Origin: Tubiluchus corallicola | Taxonomy: Eukaryota > Animalia > Priapulida | Direction of reading: 5' to 3' | DNA: 64,000 bases | NCBI GenBank assembly: GCA_030141605.1 | Contig: JAQGDQ010000420.1 | Location: 1 to 64,000 of the forward strand | Part shown: positions 12,798-25,280 of the stretch, piece after piece | How positions within the stretch are numbered: the stretch's first letter is position 1 | Layout of the letters: each line of letters starts with the position of its first letter | Position numbers and translations under genes: made by a program | The notes under the pieces: model-generated | What the model was told of the DNA's origin: nothing | The model's input: only the letters and a program-made list of their open reading frames with translations | Databases searched by the model: none

Positions 12798-14372
12798 CAT
12801 TCATCATGCGTCCACGATTACGACGCTTAACTATCATCAGTTTTCGTTTCATGAGGACTAGGAAAAATTCTACAAAATGAGACCATCCTTCCATGATAAG
12901 TTGCAGACGAGCCGGATAATCAAAACTCTGAAATTAACTAGATTGCATGGGCTCATTCATCTCAGAAAGAATCCGATACTTGGCGAAATTTTTCCGCAGC
13001 TTCCCAAAATTGTGGTGGTAATTTGAAGAGTAACAGTAATAGTACATCACATTGCCTCGTTTTTTATGGGGTAGGATTGTTTGCGTTAAAGTCAATACAT
13101 ATTCTAATTAGTATTCACCATTAGAGTTTCGTGAAATTCTCAAATTGCGTTAAATGCTATTCATAAACGGAATTCAAGTCATTTTGGTAAATTTTATGCA
13201 CGATAAATTAATTGAAAGCTTATCTCTGTTATCAGATTTAACTACACGTATTGATATTTTATAGTTTGATGCAAAATATTTGCAAACTTGTAATCTACAT
13301 CATACACGTATGTTCATGTAACTGCCATTTAAGTGCAAGTCAAGAATATGAAGCTCTAAATAATTATCAGAAGTAGCTGCTTTCATTTTTTTATTTTGAA
13401 ATTTTTCAGTGTAGTCCACAATTTATGTTTAAAATTTTAAGTATAAATTTAATAATTATAAGAAAGAATACCCTTAACCTATGGTGTTACATATGGAATT
13501 CAATTGCTCCAGCTATTAAAAATGCCATCTCGCTGTCCATATTTTAAAAAATATATAAATTAAACTTACTTGAAACATATAACTGATCACTCAATCATGA
13601 TTTGTTGTTTTTCATTTTCAAAAACTTCCCCTCTAGTATAATAATATTTTTATTACTTCCCACCCGTATTTATATTTGTATATATTGTAATATTGTATCT
13701 GTATATATTGTAATTTTTTTCGTAACTAATTCTGGTGGCCCACCATAAGCTAGCTTCTTAGGTCTATAGCGCAGAATTCATGAATTGTATCATATTTTTG
13801 TATTAACAAAAACTGATTATCGATGCACATGTAATGTATATGTATATATTTATTGCGCAATAAATCTATTAAATCTAATGTGACCAAAAAAAACCTTAAA
13901 TACGTTTAAAGGCTGTTCGAAGTGAGTTGTTAAAGGCTAAACGTTGCAAGAACTATTTTATCATAGATTTTTCTTAAGGACGGCATACACGAAAATGAGA
14001 ATAGCGTACATCTATTAAAGCAATATTAAGAAACTCTGATTCTTCACGAGTTTTACACTGATAAATTTAATAAAATATAAAATTTCAATGTTCAAAATTT
14101 AAATTTAAAATAATTAAAAAATATGAAATCTGATTCAGTACCTTCACTAACATTTAAAACTGTATTTTTGTTTCTAACATGGTGGCCTTCTTGTTCCCTT
14201 TAAATTTTTCATATAAAATTTTAAAAAATGCATATTGCTTCTGAAAATACTTGACATGCGCACACATACACGCACAGTGAAAGTTCCTGTATATTTTTAA
14301 GATGTGAATCCATCACTTCGTTTGCATAACTGTAAAAGTCGTGAAATACGCGAGTATACACGTATGGTGAAA

Positions 14373-14455
14373 TAACCTAGCCACGGGGGGGGGGGGGGGC
14401 AAGCCAGCCCAACTGAGTGCCGGTCCCAAGCCCGGATAAATAGGGAGGGTTAGGG
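14373..14455 (+). ncRNA. Twister ribozyme core (P1-type) at the 5' end of an RTE-derived element
   Basis: UAA-CCUA-GC-[P3 CAC...GUG]-CCGG-UCCCAAGC-CCGG-AUAAA-UAGG-GAGGG. This matches the twister core as I recall it from rice Osa-1-4 (UAA CACU GC..GCCGGUCCCAAGCCCGGAUAAA AGUG GAGGG). P2 covaries (CCUA 14376-79 / UAGG 14441-44); P4 is 14420-23 / 14432-35; pseudoknot partners GC/GC and CCC/GGG are present. Confidence 0.88.
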
Positions 14456-14797
14456 TCAAGAAGGGCATCCGCCTGTAAAAACTGCGCCAAAACCTTCTAT
14501 GAATGAGTCGGTGAGACTTAAAGGTAAAGTTCACAAAGCAGTGGTCAGACCCGCTCTAATTTATGGGCTGGAAGCAGCTTCTCTAAAGAAGACCGAAGAG
14601 AAGAAAATGGATGTGGTGGAGATGAGGATGTTGAGATGGAGGGAGGGACACCTGAAAAGAAGAGTCGGTGAAGATCATGTGGGTAGGGAGGCCTTCGAGA
14701 GAAGAACATAAATGAAGAGATTGTCAACAACAGTAATGCGTGGAGAAGACTCATTCACAACGGCCACCCCGCATAGGGAAAAACTGGGAAGAAGATG
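14374..14797 (+). mobile_element. Short internally deleted RTE-clade non-LTR retroelement with target-site duplication
   Basis: TSD ACAC(G/A)TATGGTGAAATAA at 14358-14375 and 14798-14815, one mismatch; the final AA overlaps the element start. RTE-type 5' UTR (AAGGGCATCCGCCTGTAAAA). RTE C-terminal peptides LKGKVHKAVVRPALIYGLE..EMRMLRW, GHLKRR and WRRLIHNGHP*. Short GAAGAAGATG tail. Confidence 0.9.
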
Positions 14798-15428
14798 ACA
14801 CATATGGTGAAATAATTATGGCATACGTTCAATTGTAGAGAACTCAGTTCTTGCAACTACGTTATTTTAGGTAATGGACTTCTTCAGCTATACTTATTTA
14901 CGTAATAACAGAATTTTCGATAAAGCGGCAGGTGCTTACTTAGCTCAATATACTTTTGATTTAAGAAACCACTTTTGACTAAAGAGTTGACACACGATTC
15001 TTTGCAGTTGTACAACTTGATAAGACTGTATTCGTCTGACTCTATTTCGAACTTAGAGTGCAGCAGTTGCTGAAAAACTCTAATGTGTAATCACGCATTT
15101 AACATTATCACTGCCTAATTGCTTGAACTGTAATTAACCCGTGTGACGTCATCGAGGCAGAACGTGCCAGATTTTGCAGAAAATTATCGATTATAAATCA
15201 CGATGTTAACCAAAGAAAGTGAGTAATAAACTGGAATCAAGTCACACTGGAGTGGAAGTTAACGAATCGCTGAACAGAATAACTGCACGTTCCGATCAAT
15301 TTATCTGTCGCTGTTTAGACACGAAGCTGTTGCAGTGATGTGCGCAAAGATTTACTGCCATGACTAATTTTAAGTCACAATAGAATGTTTCATTGCCGTT
15401 CTGACTGGGTCAGTATAGTTTGCAACTC

Positions 15429-15718
<290 letters not shown>

Positions 15719-16040
15719 GGGCCCACTCAAATGTGGAAAATAAGTAACTACTGATGAATAAACACAGTAGAAGGAGTTAAAAAATCAAGTTAGCCAGCAA
15801 GTGTTTAGTTACTGCATTTGGGGAAGAAAACTCGTCTTTTGAGACCTGTAAATGTCTAAACTATCACTCGTACCTATCTGTAAAAAACTGTAGAAAGGAG
15901 CTGTCATTATTAGTTTTAAGATTTTAGAAATAAGCCTCTACATTTTCAAGGAAAGAAAAATAATAAAAGCATAAAAATTGCACATATCATTGAAGTCATT
16001 TTGCCAAACACAAATATTGTGTAATTCGATAGCTGTTGGG

Positions 16041-16042
16041 TA

Positions 16043-16077
<35 letters not shown>

Positions 16078-16406
16078 GTGTATGTATGTATGGTTGTATG
16101 TATGTATGTATGTATGTATGTATGTGTGTATGTATGTATGTATGTATGTGTGTATGTATGTATGTATGTATGTATGTATGTATGTATGTATGTATGTATG
16201 TATGTATGTATGTATGTATGTATGTATGTATGTATGTATGTATGTATGTATGTATGTATGTATGTATGTATGTATGTATGTATGTATGTATGTATGTATG
16301 TATGTATGTATGTATGTATGTATGTATGTATGTATGTATGTATGTATGTATGTATGTATGTATGTATGTATGTATGTATGTATGTATGTATGTATGTATG
16401 TATATA
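16041..16406. repeat. (TATG)n tetranucleotide microsatellite
   Basis: Direct inspection; source of the YVCM and HTYI ORFs. Confidence 0.98.
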
Positions 16407-18816
16407 TAAACACTAAGTAACAAACCTTTGATTGTCTAATCTTCTCCAAAAATATCAGACGTAGCAAATGTGTTTCGCTTGTTTCGTATATTTTACAGTC
16501 TGCTTTCTCTATTTTCAGTTAACTCAGCTACAGTTGAGACACAAAAATTAGGTAATTTGCAAAACAACACAGGCTGCCGCCCACGTACCGTTGTTGAAAC
16601 CGCTAGGAATGCACCTGTTGAAAAATCTGAAATTGCTAAAACAGAGTAACTTGTGGTACGCGTACCCTCAATGAGAAAAACACAAATGAAATCTTCTATG
16701 CCTGCGGGCAAACAGCACCGGTAAATATAACGTTGCACGGTTCAAAACGCAAATAAAATTGCAAACATTTTAGAGTTAATGAAACACTTGAATAAAAGAC
16801 ATTTTGTGTGTTTATAGAAACGGCATAGAGAAAGAAATTTTTAGGCTTGCGCAATTAAAACGAGGCCTCTAAGTCAAGAGACAAGATAAATAGCCCTTTC
16901 AGGCTGCTTTGAGATGTGGGAGATAAAACTGGAGAATTCTCAATGTTTTAAAGACTGTTTATCTTTATTTCACGTTCACTAGAAAGGAAAGTCCGGAGAG
17001 AGAGTGTAATTAAATGTAATTAAATTTATTGCGTTGCTTTATTTTGCTGAATTTGTCCACCATAAAGTTCAAAATATCTGTAAAATTAATCATTCTCATT
17101 TGGACAATTTTAGTTATGTTCTTATCAGGCAATATTAAATCCACAACACATAGTGGCACAACTAATTGACATAACGTATGCGTACATATTAAATAAAAAA
17201 GCCGATGACCGATGGTGGCTGCTCGATGACCATTGGTCTTTCGCCACCCTGTCTCTATTTCGTTAATATAATTTACTAACTATAGTTTCATAGCATTTGT
17301 GTTCTTACTGAGCGAGGCAAATAAAATTTTTGAAATGAATTGAATTAAATAAATGATAATTAATTACAAGTTATTAATTTTTACGTTAAAAACTGTGTGT
17401 TTACAGGTGAAATCTGTTCACTTTTCAGCTGCTGTACTCATAGCTTTATAAAATAAATAACGGAAGACATTGCGGAATTTTTTATACAGTTTTTATGGGT
17501 TCAACACAAACTAGCTCTCTACGACTCTTGGTCCTTTTCACAGGGAGAGAAAGAAAACTATACAAGCTGAGGACCTGTTCCATAAGAAAAAGTATAAATT
17601 ACAATTCTGCTTAGATACTTGTATTACGTATGATGTGTAATCCAAATAAGTGAATTAATAATGAATATCCAAATATCTAGATGCTCCATGATCAATGCAT
17701 AAATTGCAAGTAGACCAATCAAATAAAGATGTGAAAATTTCCAAACCTTCTAAAGAAAACTGATTTCGAAATGCGTGAATGAATGAAGCTAAGCAAATTT
17801 GTACACTTCTAACAAAACTGCGCAATTCCACAATACAATGCATATGTTATGACCAATGGTACGAGTTGTTATTTTAACTTGAAGCCTGCATGAATAGACC
17901 ATAGCATCACTAAAAATAGCCACATCTATTATAATACTAAACCAAAAACAGCTGGTGTAGTACCTAGCATGTGGTTCCTTTCCTTTACTGAAACTTCGAC
18001 AGTCATGAGGCATTGCTTTTAAATTATTCTGAATGTCTCAATTTTAGAATTCCCGTGCCCACATGCTGGCGCTAGTAAATCTCCAGTCTGATTCCCCAGA
18101 AGCTTTTAGACGGGAAATAGAGCAGACACGCAGAATATTTTCAATCAAGTCTAGCAATTGATTGACCAAAATATTGAATCAAACGTTCTGTTAAACAGAT
18201 CGAAACCAAAGTACAGCACAACTGACTCTAACAGATTCCAATTTGCCAGAAAATAAATTTTTCCTATTAAATTACCAATTATTTTCAGATCCATGGCCAG
18301 TACAGCAGCGGCGTATAAAAGTTGGCAAAACTATAAACGCTTATTTTATGATTAATAAACGTAAATCGTTCATTAATTCGGAACTTTGGCCTGCGCTACT
18401 GGAGTTATAATTATCGTTACCGTCGATTGTAATCAGTTAGTGATTCTTTCAATGCTGAGCAAGCTAACAGCTGCAAATGACTGAATGATTTGCGATGACA
18501 AGGGACTTATGATCTAGTAATTAATTAATACATGTAGTTAACGCGTATTGCAAATTAGAGTCCCTGGCTGAAATCTTAGCTGAGTTCTAAATTTTTCGCA
18601 CGTCAGATTGTTCCGTTAGTTTGGTTTCAAAAATTTAAAAATTCGCAGGGCCAGATTTTTCAATAATTTTACGAACGCTTTTATCGGTAATATCATTCTT
18701 ACGAATGATAGCAGGGTTACGTGCGTTTTGTCAAACTTATTAAATTACGAAATTTCGTATAAACTCTTTCGTAAAGTTCTATTAGAACACTTGATAAATA
18801 CTATACTACTTAAGGG

Positions 18817-19208
18817 CAGGGCCTATTTCAGCCTAGGCGAGGCCCGGGGACGTGGGGCGTATGAGGCCTCATCGGGGTGGGGCGAAGCGCCGGAGGCCGG
18901 GCGCTACCATGGTTGGCGCCCAGAAAATTTTTGAACTGCTAGAACGCCGGAGAGGCATTTTCCGATAAGAGAAAATATGGAGTTATACAGTTGTTAAAGG
19001 AAAGAACAATTGAAAGAAAAACTGCTTTATTCTGAAGACCAGTCCTTAATACTTGTCAATGCTGGCAAACGGCGCGCGTGCGGCAAGAGAGGGAGAGAGG
19101 AGGCAGTATGTTCGCATAAAGCAAAAAATGTTACCTTGGCGCGAGGCCCCCCTGGAGGGTGAGGCCCCGGGGAAGTATCCCCACTTTCCCCCCTTGAAAT
19201 AGGCCCTG
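18817..19208. mobile_element. hAT MITE with perfect 8-bp TSD
   Basis: TIRs CAGGGCCTATTTCA / TGAAATAGGCCCTG; TSD CTTAAGGG at 18809-18816 and 19209-19216. Confidence 0.93.
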
Positions 19209-19209
19209 C

Positions 19210-20050
19210 TTAAGGGACAAGAAAAAACCCTCTACTTACAAAAAGTTAAAAAATCTTCTTGAATTTTTGCATTATCTATAAGCTGTCATGTTGCATACAG
19301 CGCTTACATTAGCAGTAGCGCTGTATTAAACTTGTAAATTTAAACCGTTAGCTGCAGCCATTTTTAAAGGTAAATCGTTTCGAACAAGTTTAGATGACAT
19401 TTTGTAAAGTTTGAAATAATAATCGGAACATTCGCAGTACATACTTCACTAACTAAACAAAAGTGTAAATTACTTTATCTTGTCAGTAAAATGACTAATA
19501 CGTTAGTGGTGGACCAGTGGTGGCACTACGCAGGTGAGTAAATAACGTTTCACCAATTAGTGCGAACATTTTAAATTACTCTTTTCTAGTTACACAAGTC
19601 CTACAAACAGGTAAGCGTATTGTTAAAGCACAAGTTAACCCTTCATAAACATAAGGCTTAAAAATTCGTTTTGAAATTTTATATCACTTACATACTGCCT
19701 TTGCGCGTGCAGGACTTCAATCGGCAGTCACGTTGTATAAAACATTTAAATTTAAACTCCCGCGATGACCGTTAGACGCAGCCATTTTCACGACCGGTCA
19801 TTTGAAACAAGTTTAGATAACATTTTGTGAAGTTTGAAAAAATAATCAGAGCATTCGTAGCGCACAAGTCACTAACTAAATAAAATTTAAAATTACTGTA
19901 CCTTGTCAATAAGATTAAAAATACGTTTTTGGTTACTGAGTGGTGCACCCTGGAGGGTGAGTCAGCGACATTTTACCAATTGGTGAAAACATTTTAAATA
20001 ATTAATAATTTTCTTTTCTAGTTACATAAGTCTTTCTAATAGGTGAGCGA
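19210..20050. repeat. Old ~400-bp repeat in two diverged tandem copies (third copy at ~22724-23085)
   Basis: Shared blocks AAATTTAAAC, GCAGCCATTTT, AACAAGTTTAGAT, TCACTAACTAAA and TTTTCTAGTTACA in ~19250-19617 and ~19660-20050. Copy 1 and the 22.7-kb copy both start TTAA(G/A)GGACAAG. Confidence 0.75.
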
Positions 20051-20689
20051 AAATCTAAGTAATATAGATTTGCACGGAAAGTCTTTTGATACATAATCTA
20101 ACATTGCCTTTTCTTCCCTTGATTTACGTTTGGTATCATGTAATGGCGACTTCGGAACAGTATTTCGGGAGATTTAAAATGAGAAGGAACTAAAATTCTT
20201 TTCAGTGCGAGTAAGATATACGCATAAAATTGCTATAAAATAATATGATTTTTTAAGGCGATTTTTCTGAAACCTACTTCAGGTACCCCTTTTCTTGTCG
20301 TAATATAACGTAATATAGTAATATATGTAAGTTTCACTTTAAGTAATATAGCTTCGTAAGGAACGTTTTTTGGAACAGACTTTAAAATTTCATTTTCTTC
20401 CCCTTCAAAAATTTTCTTGCGAACATTGTAAGTTTTTTGGTTAAACGCGGCGATAATTCAGGGTAGGTCTTAATCTAACGCTATTGTTATTTCACGCTAT
20501 TTTATCATTATCAGCGTTAAATACTAAATTCTATCATACTAAGCCTTTAATTATGTTCTACCAGTAGATGATATGGACAGTAATAGACTAATAAAGCCAC
20601 TTCAAACATTAATTGAAAGCTTACACATTGGGCATACAGCTGCAATTAGCTGCTTACTCATTAAGATATCTATTAGACGTTTATACAAG

Positions 20690-20912
20690 TGTAACTGTGT
20701 GGTCACTATGCGTGCTTGGCTACAAAGTTAAGCAACGCGTGGCCTATCTAGTGACTGGTTGGACAAAAAACTATGTGAAATACTGCCCACCTATTTTTAT
20801 CCTCAAGAAAAAATGTAAATAAACGTGATTAAGATATCTCTGTTGGTTCAGTGTCTCGTGCTAGAATATTATTCTTGATAGTTAGCTACATTCCGGTCCT
20901 GCCATAGCCATA
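20690..20912 (+). mobile_element. Degenerate SINE-like repeat with a 5S rRNA-like segment (copy 2)
   Basis: AAGTTAAGCAACGCGTGGCCTATCTAGTGACTGGTTGG resembles 5S box A to box C. The 3' part (TTCCGGTCCTGCCATAGCC) aligns with the 29.9-30.15 kb copy (TTCCAGTCCAGCCACAACC). Confidence 0.5.
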
Positions 20913-21064
20913 AGCAATGAAGTGTTGGAACAGGCATGCGCAGGCAATGCAGCATATTAACAAACAGTTACCAAATTTTAAAACGAAAATGTTGTCTACA
21001 GATTATTATTCGTGCACTTACAATAATTGTACACATTTAGAGCTTTAGAGCCGTAGCTTCTATA

Positions 21065-21842
21065 CAGGGGGTTCCAAAAACCAGTCCATTAAAAATATTC
21101 TTCTATTCTGAAATGTGCGCAATTTCAGAAAAGGATGTTCTAAAATGGTCTAGGACTGCAATAATGACGTAAAAATGTATTCGATTCTATTATAAACTGT
21201 AATTATTTTACGTGATAGAGATAATAATTTTATCGTTAAATTTTTTTCATGGAATAGCAATAAATGAGTTTTTGTAAGGAATGTTCGCGAGCATGCGCGC
21301 CAGTGTCGCGCGCATTGTTTCTAGCCGAACAATCACCGGTCGTCTTGTCGAAAATCGCCCATTTCCCTGCTGTCGCTGGATGTGAAAACCCACCCTCTGT
21401 GCACCCACTATTAAAGGAGGAATGCAATTTTTGTGTGAACTTTAGGTTTAGGACTTTTAACATTGCTGTGTTTTTTTCTGTAGTGCGGAACTTTTACATA
21501 TAATGTACCATTATATATTGTTGAAACTGCTTTACTAGGCATGATTTGGTATAATTTTGTAATGTATCGTGGTATTGCAAACCATCCTTTATTATGTACA
21601 TCATCATAGACGAAAGACAATATTGTGATTAGTATAGTCATGTATTGGGGCGGCATTTGGGTGTTTATGCTTATATTGAATGGATTGTCATTTTAATAAA
21701 TGACCTCATTCTATCAAGTAATTTCATTCTTGGTACTTTTGCAAAAAAAACCAACAGGTTCAGCCAATTTTACCTCTATGTTGGTTTTATGAACATCAGC
21801 TTTACAAAAATAACATTCATTAGTCACTTTTGGCGCACCCTG
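21065..21842. mobile_element. Degenerate Tc1/mariner-like MITE
   Basis: TA-CAGGGGGTTCCAAAA ... TTTTGGCGCACCCTG-TA: imperfect TIRs flanked by TA. Confidence 0.55.
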
Positions 21843-22723
21843 TACTTATTGTATGTTGTCTAAACTACAACTAATAAGCTCACACTTAATGAAAAGAACT
21901 GACAACAGCAACACAATGTGGACGGTTATAATTACATTGTAACCGCTATGACACATCTCATTTCTTCATCAGTATTAGTTTGACAGCATCACTCGAGACG
22001 GTTGCAATTAGCATCAGTTATAAAACAAGATTCAGTTACATGCTTGAGTAACACCGATGATGGCATCATAATAAATGACTTCCAATAAGTGAGGAAATTC
22101 TAACTCAGATGTTGACATGTTTGCGTACTAAATTCACAAAAAATGTTCCTGGTTTCAGTTTGTTTTAAACCACAATCTGCCACTGACTGCCATGCACTAC
22201 GGGGAGAATACCAGCAATATTATTCTATACCACCCGTCTATTTGCAAACGGCACTCAGTATTATCTAGTATCTGCACCTGTCACTTACAATGTAGATGCG
22301 TCTTCTACGTTTAAATAAGATTCACAGATGTAACGGAAGGCTTTTAAAGCCCTTTGGGGATTTTCTTCAGACAAGTATTATTATTTTTTCAGAAATAAAA
22401 TATAATGCATGCTTTATAATGTTCTGTAGTGTAATTTATTGACATTTAATGTAATGTCATGTTATGTTTTCTACTGTAACGTAACAACACATTACAACAT
22501 AACAGAACATGGCACAACACAAAACAAAACAATATAATATGACATAGCAGAATATAACTAAACTGTACGAGACGGGATAGAGACCATATGGGATAGATCG
22601 AGACTGAAAAGAACGAACCAGAACGTAATGTTAGATAACGTGATATAACGTACTATCCTGTTGAAGGCTTAGTGTTTAACCATTAGTTCCACAAAGCAAA
22701 GAATACTCGGACAGTTATAAGAT

Positions 22724-23085
22724 TTTAAAGGACAAGGAAAAAGAATTCTTGCACAGAATTAAAAAATCGTCTTGAAAGTTTGTATCACCTACATCCTTGT
22801 CTTATTGCGCACAGAGCTTACGTTAGCAGTAATGTTGCACAAACTTGCAAATTTAAACTCCCGCACTGTCTGTAAGAAATTTATGCAACTTTAGATAACT
22901 TTGCATAAAATTCGAAAAAATACCCAGAGCATAAATACATTTATTTTTTTCGTGTCGTGAGCAAGTGACGTTTTTGCGCATAGCAGGATAGCAAACCAGT
23001 GACGTTTTATCAGTTAATGCGAATATTTTAAATTACTAAGAATTTTCTTTTCCTGTTATTTAAATCTTTTACACAACGCTGAGTA
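22724..23085. repeat. Third, more decayed copy of the 19.2-20.0 kb repeat
   Basis: TTAAAGGACAAGGAAAAA..TTAAAAAATCGTCTTGAA..GCTTACGTTAGCAGTA..AAATTTAAACTCCCGC aligns with 19210-19350 and 19745-19765. Confidence 0.7.
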
Positions 23086-23449
23086 ATATAACTTTGTGTT
23101 CAAAATTTTCTTCCACCTTGAAATCTCAAGTGATTGCTAGTTATTCTGCTTTTAAAAACAAAAAAATGTACAGTAAAAGTAAACATCAAGAAATTCACAT
23201 CCACTAAAAACCTTATTTCTTAAATGTGCATATCACCGATAGAATAGGTCCAAGCCTAATACACAGGGCCTAACACTTAGGTCTAGCTGTATATTTTTAT
23301 TAGAAATGTCTAAGTACTTTTGTCGATATTGTAGAAGCCATTAAGTTAAAAACAAAATATTAAATTTAAGCTCACCTTTTTTATCTAAGTCACGAAATTA
23401 CTTTCAGCTGCCTTAAGACACTTAACAAAAAACTGGCATCTGTAATGAC

Positions 23450-23760
23450 AGCAGTTTGAAGATAATCAGTCGAAACACACAAGTGAGACTGTAAACAAGC
23501 AACAAAAGCAGCTGCGTCGATTTCAAACATGCGCAAGATGCTGCTGAGTTGAACAGCACCTAAATGTTTGCCATGGGAGCACGTGCAACGACTTTTTAAC
23601 TAACCGATGGCACAAGTTTAGACGGATTCCAAACTCAAAATAGGAGTATTCCGTCACCCAAGGCAGAATACATCAAAACGGCTTCTCAAACATCAACGGA
23701 GACGCCGGATTTCGCTAGGAATGCAGGACGTCTTGCCGAATGACAGGCGGCTGCCTAACA
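23450..23760 (+). mobile_element. Possible highly decayed RTE-like LINE 3' fragment
   Basis: Residual W-x-H-V-x-R...R-W-x-K-like codons (TGGGAGCACGTGCAACGA..AACCGATGGCACAAG). Weak evidence. Confidence 0.3.
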
Positions 23761-25046
23761 GATTATGTGAATAAGCAATGAAGCATAGTATGTTTTGGAA
23801 ACCACTACGATTCCATGTGACGTAGTTTGCGAGCTTTAACTAGCACACTGATATGTAGAACCAATATATAAAATCAGAAAAATGATAACAAATGGACTAT
23901 ACGATAATAAAAGCGTGCAGTAAGCTTATGGTTTAACAAACGAGTGAAACTCCTTAGAAAATTTGAATGTGGAAGGTAAAACCGGTGAGCTGTATATCCA
24001 GTCTTACTATGTTCAGTCTATATTCAGTATATTAAAGTATACTGCTAGAATCATTTAATTTTTTATTTGTTTAATCACTCACACAGAAACTTAACCATCC
24101 ACTTGCTGGCTTGGTATTCACTCACTCGTTCATCCCTCAGTCATTCTCCACTCATCCTCAGTCATCTGATGCTACACATAGTAAACAAACTGTCGCCGGA
24201 TGAATGCGAAACACGCTTAATGTGTCTAGCTACGTGCGTTTTTCTCGTTATTAGCGTAATTCTTGTGGAAGGTGAATCAATGAACACATTTGACATTCAA
24301 CAGACGAAACTACAGCTAAATTGAAACTAAATTCAGCATTTCACCCACACGAATTGCACTTAGTAAAACTGTAATTCTTGCGCTTGTACACAATTGCTAT
24401 TGTCCTTGTTTGACGAAGCAAAGGCTGTGTTCTTGCTGTGAAAGTTGTCGGATCTTCAAACTCCTTCTGTGGAGCGCTAATCGAATTAATCCGTGAAATT
24501 TTATCCATCACAAGAAAATCTGTACATGAAAGGTCCTTCAATCTGAAAACTTGGCTGACAGAAAACAGAAATATCCTACTAATCGCAAGCTAGCAAAAAA
24601 ACTGATGTTAAGGAGATTGATTTCAGCAAAACAGAGCAGTCTAAATAAATGCATTTTTTATGCTACAACACGTATGCAATACCTAATACATGTAAATATT
24701 TGAATAGAACATCACAGTCATACGTTTTTCTGTTTTCCCAAGGACCTCATCCTGCAAGTCAACAAATTCTGTGAACTTTCCGAACTTCTCAAATGGCCGA
24801 CAATAATCGCCCGCAAAGTACGACGCTGGTCATTAAATTTCAATTTCTTTTTTATTGCGCACTCGAGAACAGATTTGCGGGTGATCAATTTCATTCTTTT
24901 ATGATCGCACAGAGTACCGCTGGACATTAAGTGGGCAACTTGACTGACAGTGATTGTGCTAAATCACCAAATAACTCCTACTACTAACGATTCCAGTCTG
25001 CCAATATTCAGTAAGGGCTGGAAATTATCTTAGTCAATGGATATTG

Positions 25047-25280
25047 TGATGACGACGACGACGACGACGATGATGATGATGATGATGATGATAATGATGA
25101 TACTGGTGGTGACGACGACGATGATGATGATGATGATGATGATATCGACGACGACGACGATGAGGAGGAGGAGGAGGAGGATGACGCTACGCTAATGTGA
25201 TGATGCTGAATTGCTGATGCTTCTGCTGCTGCTGTTGTTGTTGTTGTTGTTGTTGTTGTTTTTTGCTACTGCTTTCGATG
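25047..25280. repeat. Compound (GAT/GAC/GAG/GTT)n microsatellite
   Basis: Direct inspection. Confidence 0.92.

Noticed and set aside
20700-20790. 5S rRNA gene
   Set aside because: Only a degenerate internal segment matches and the flanks do not; treated as a repeat-derived fragment.
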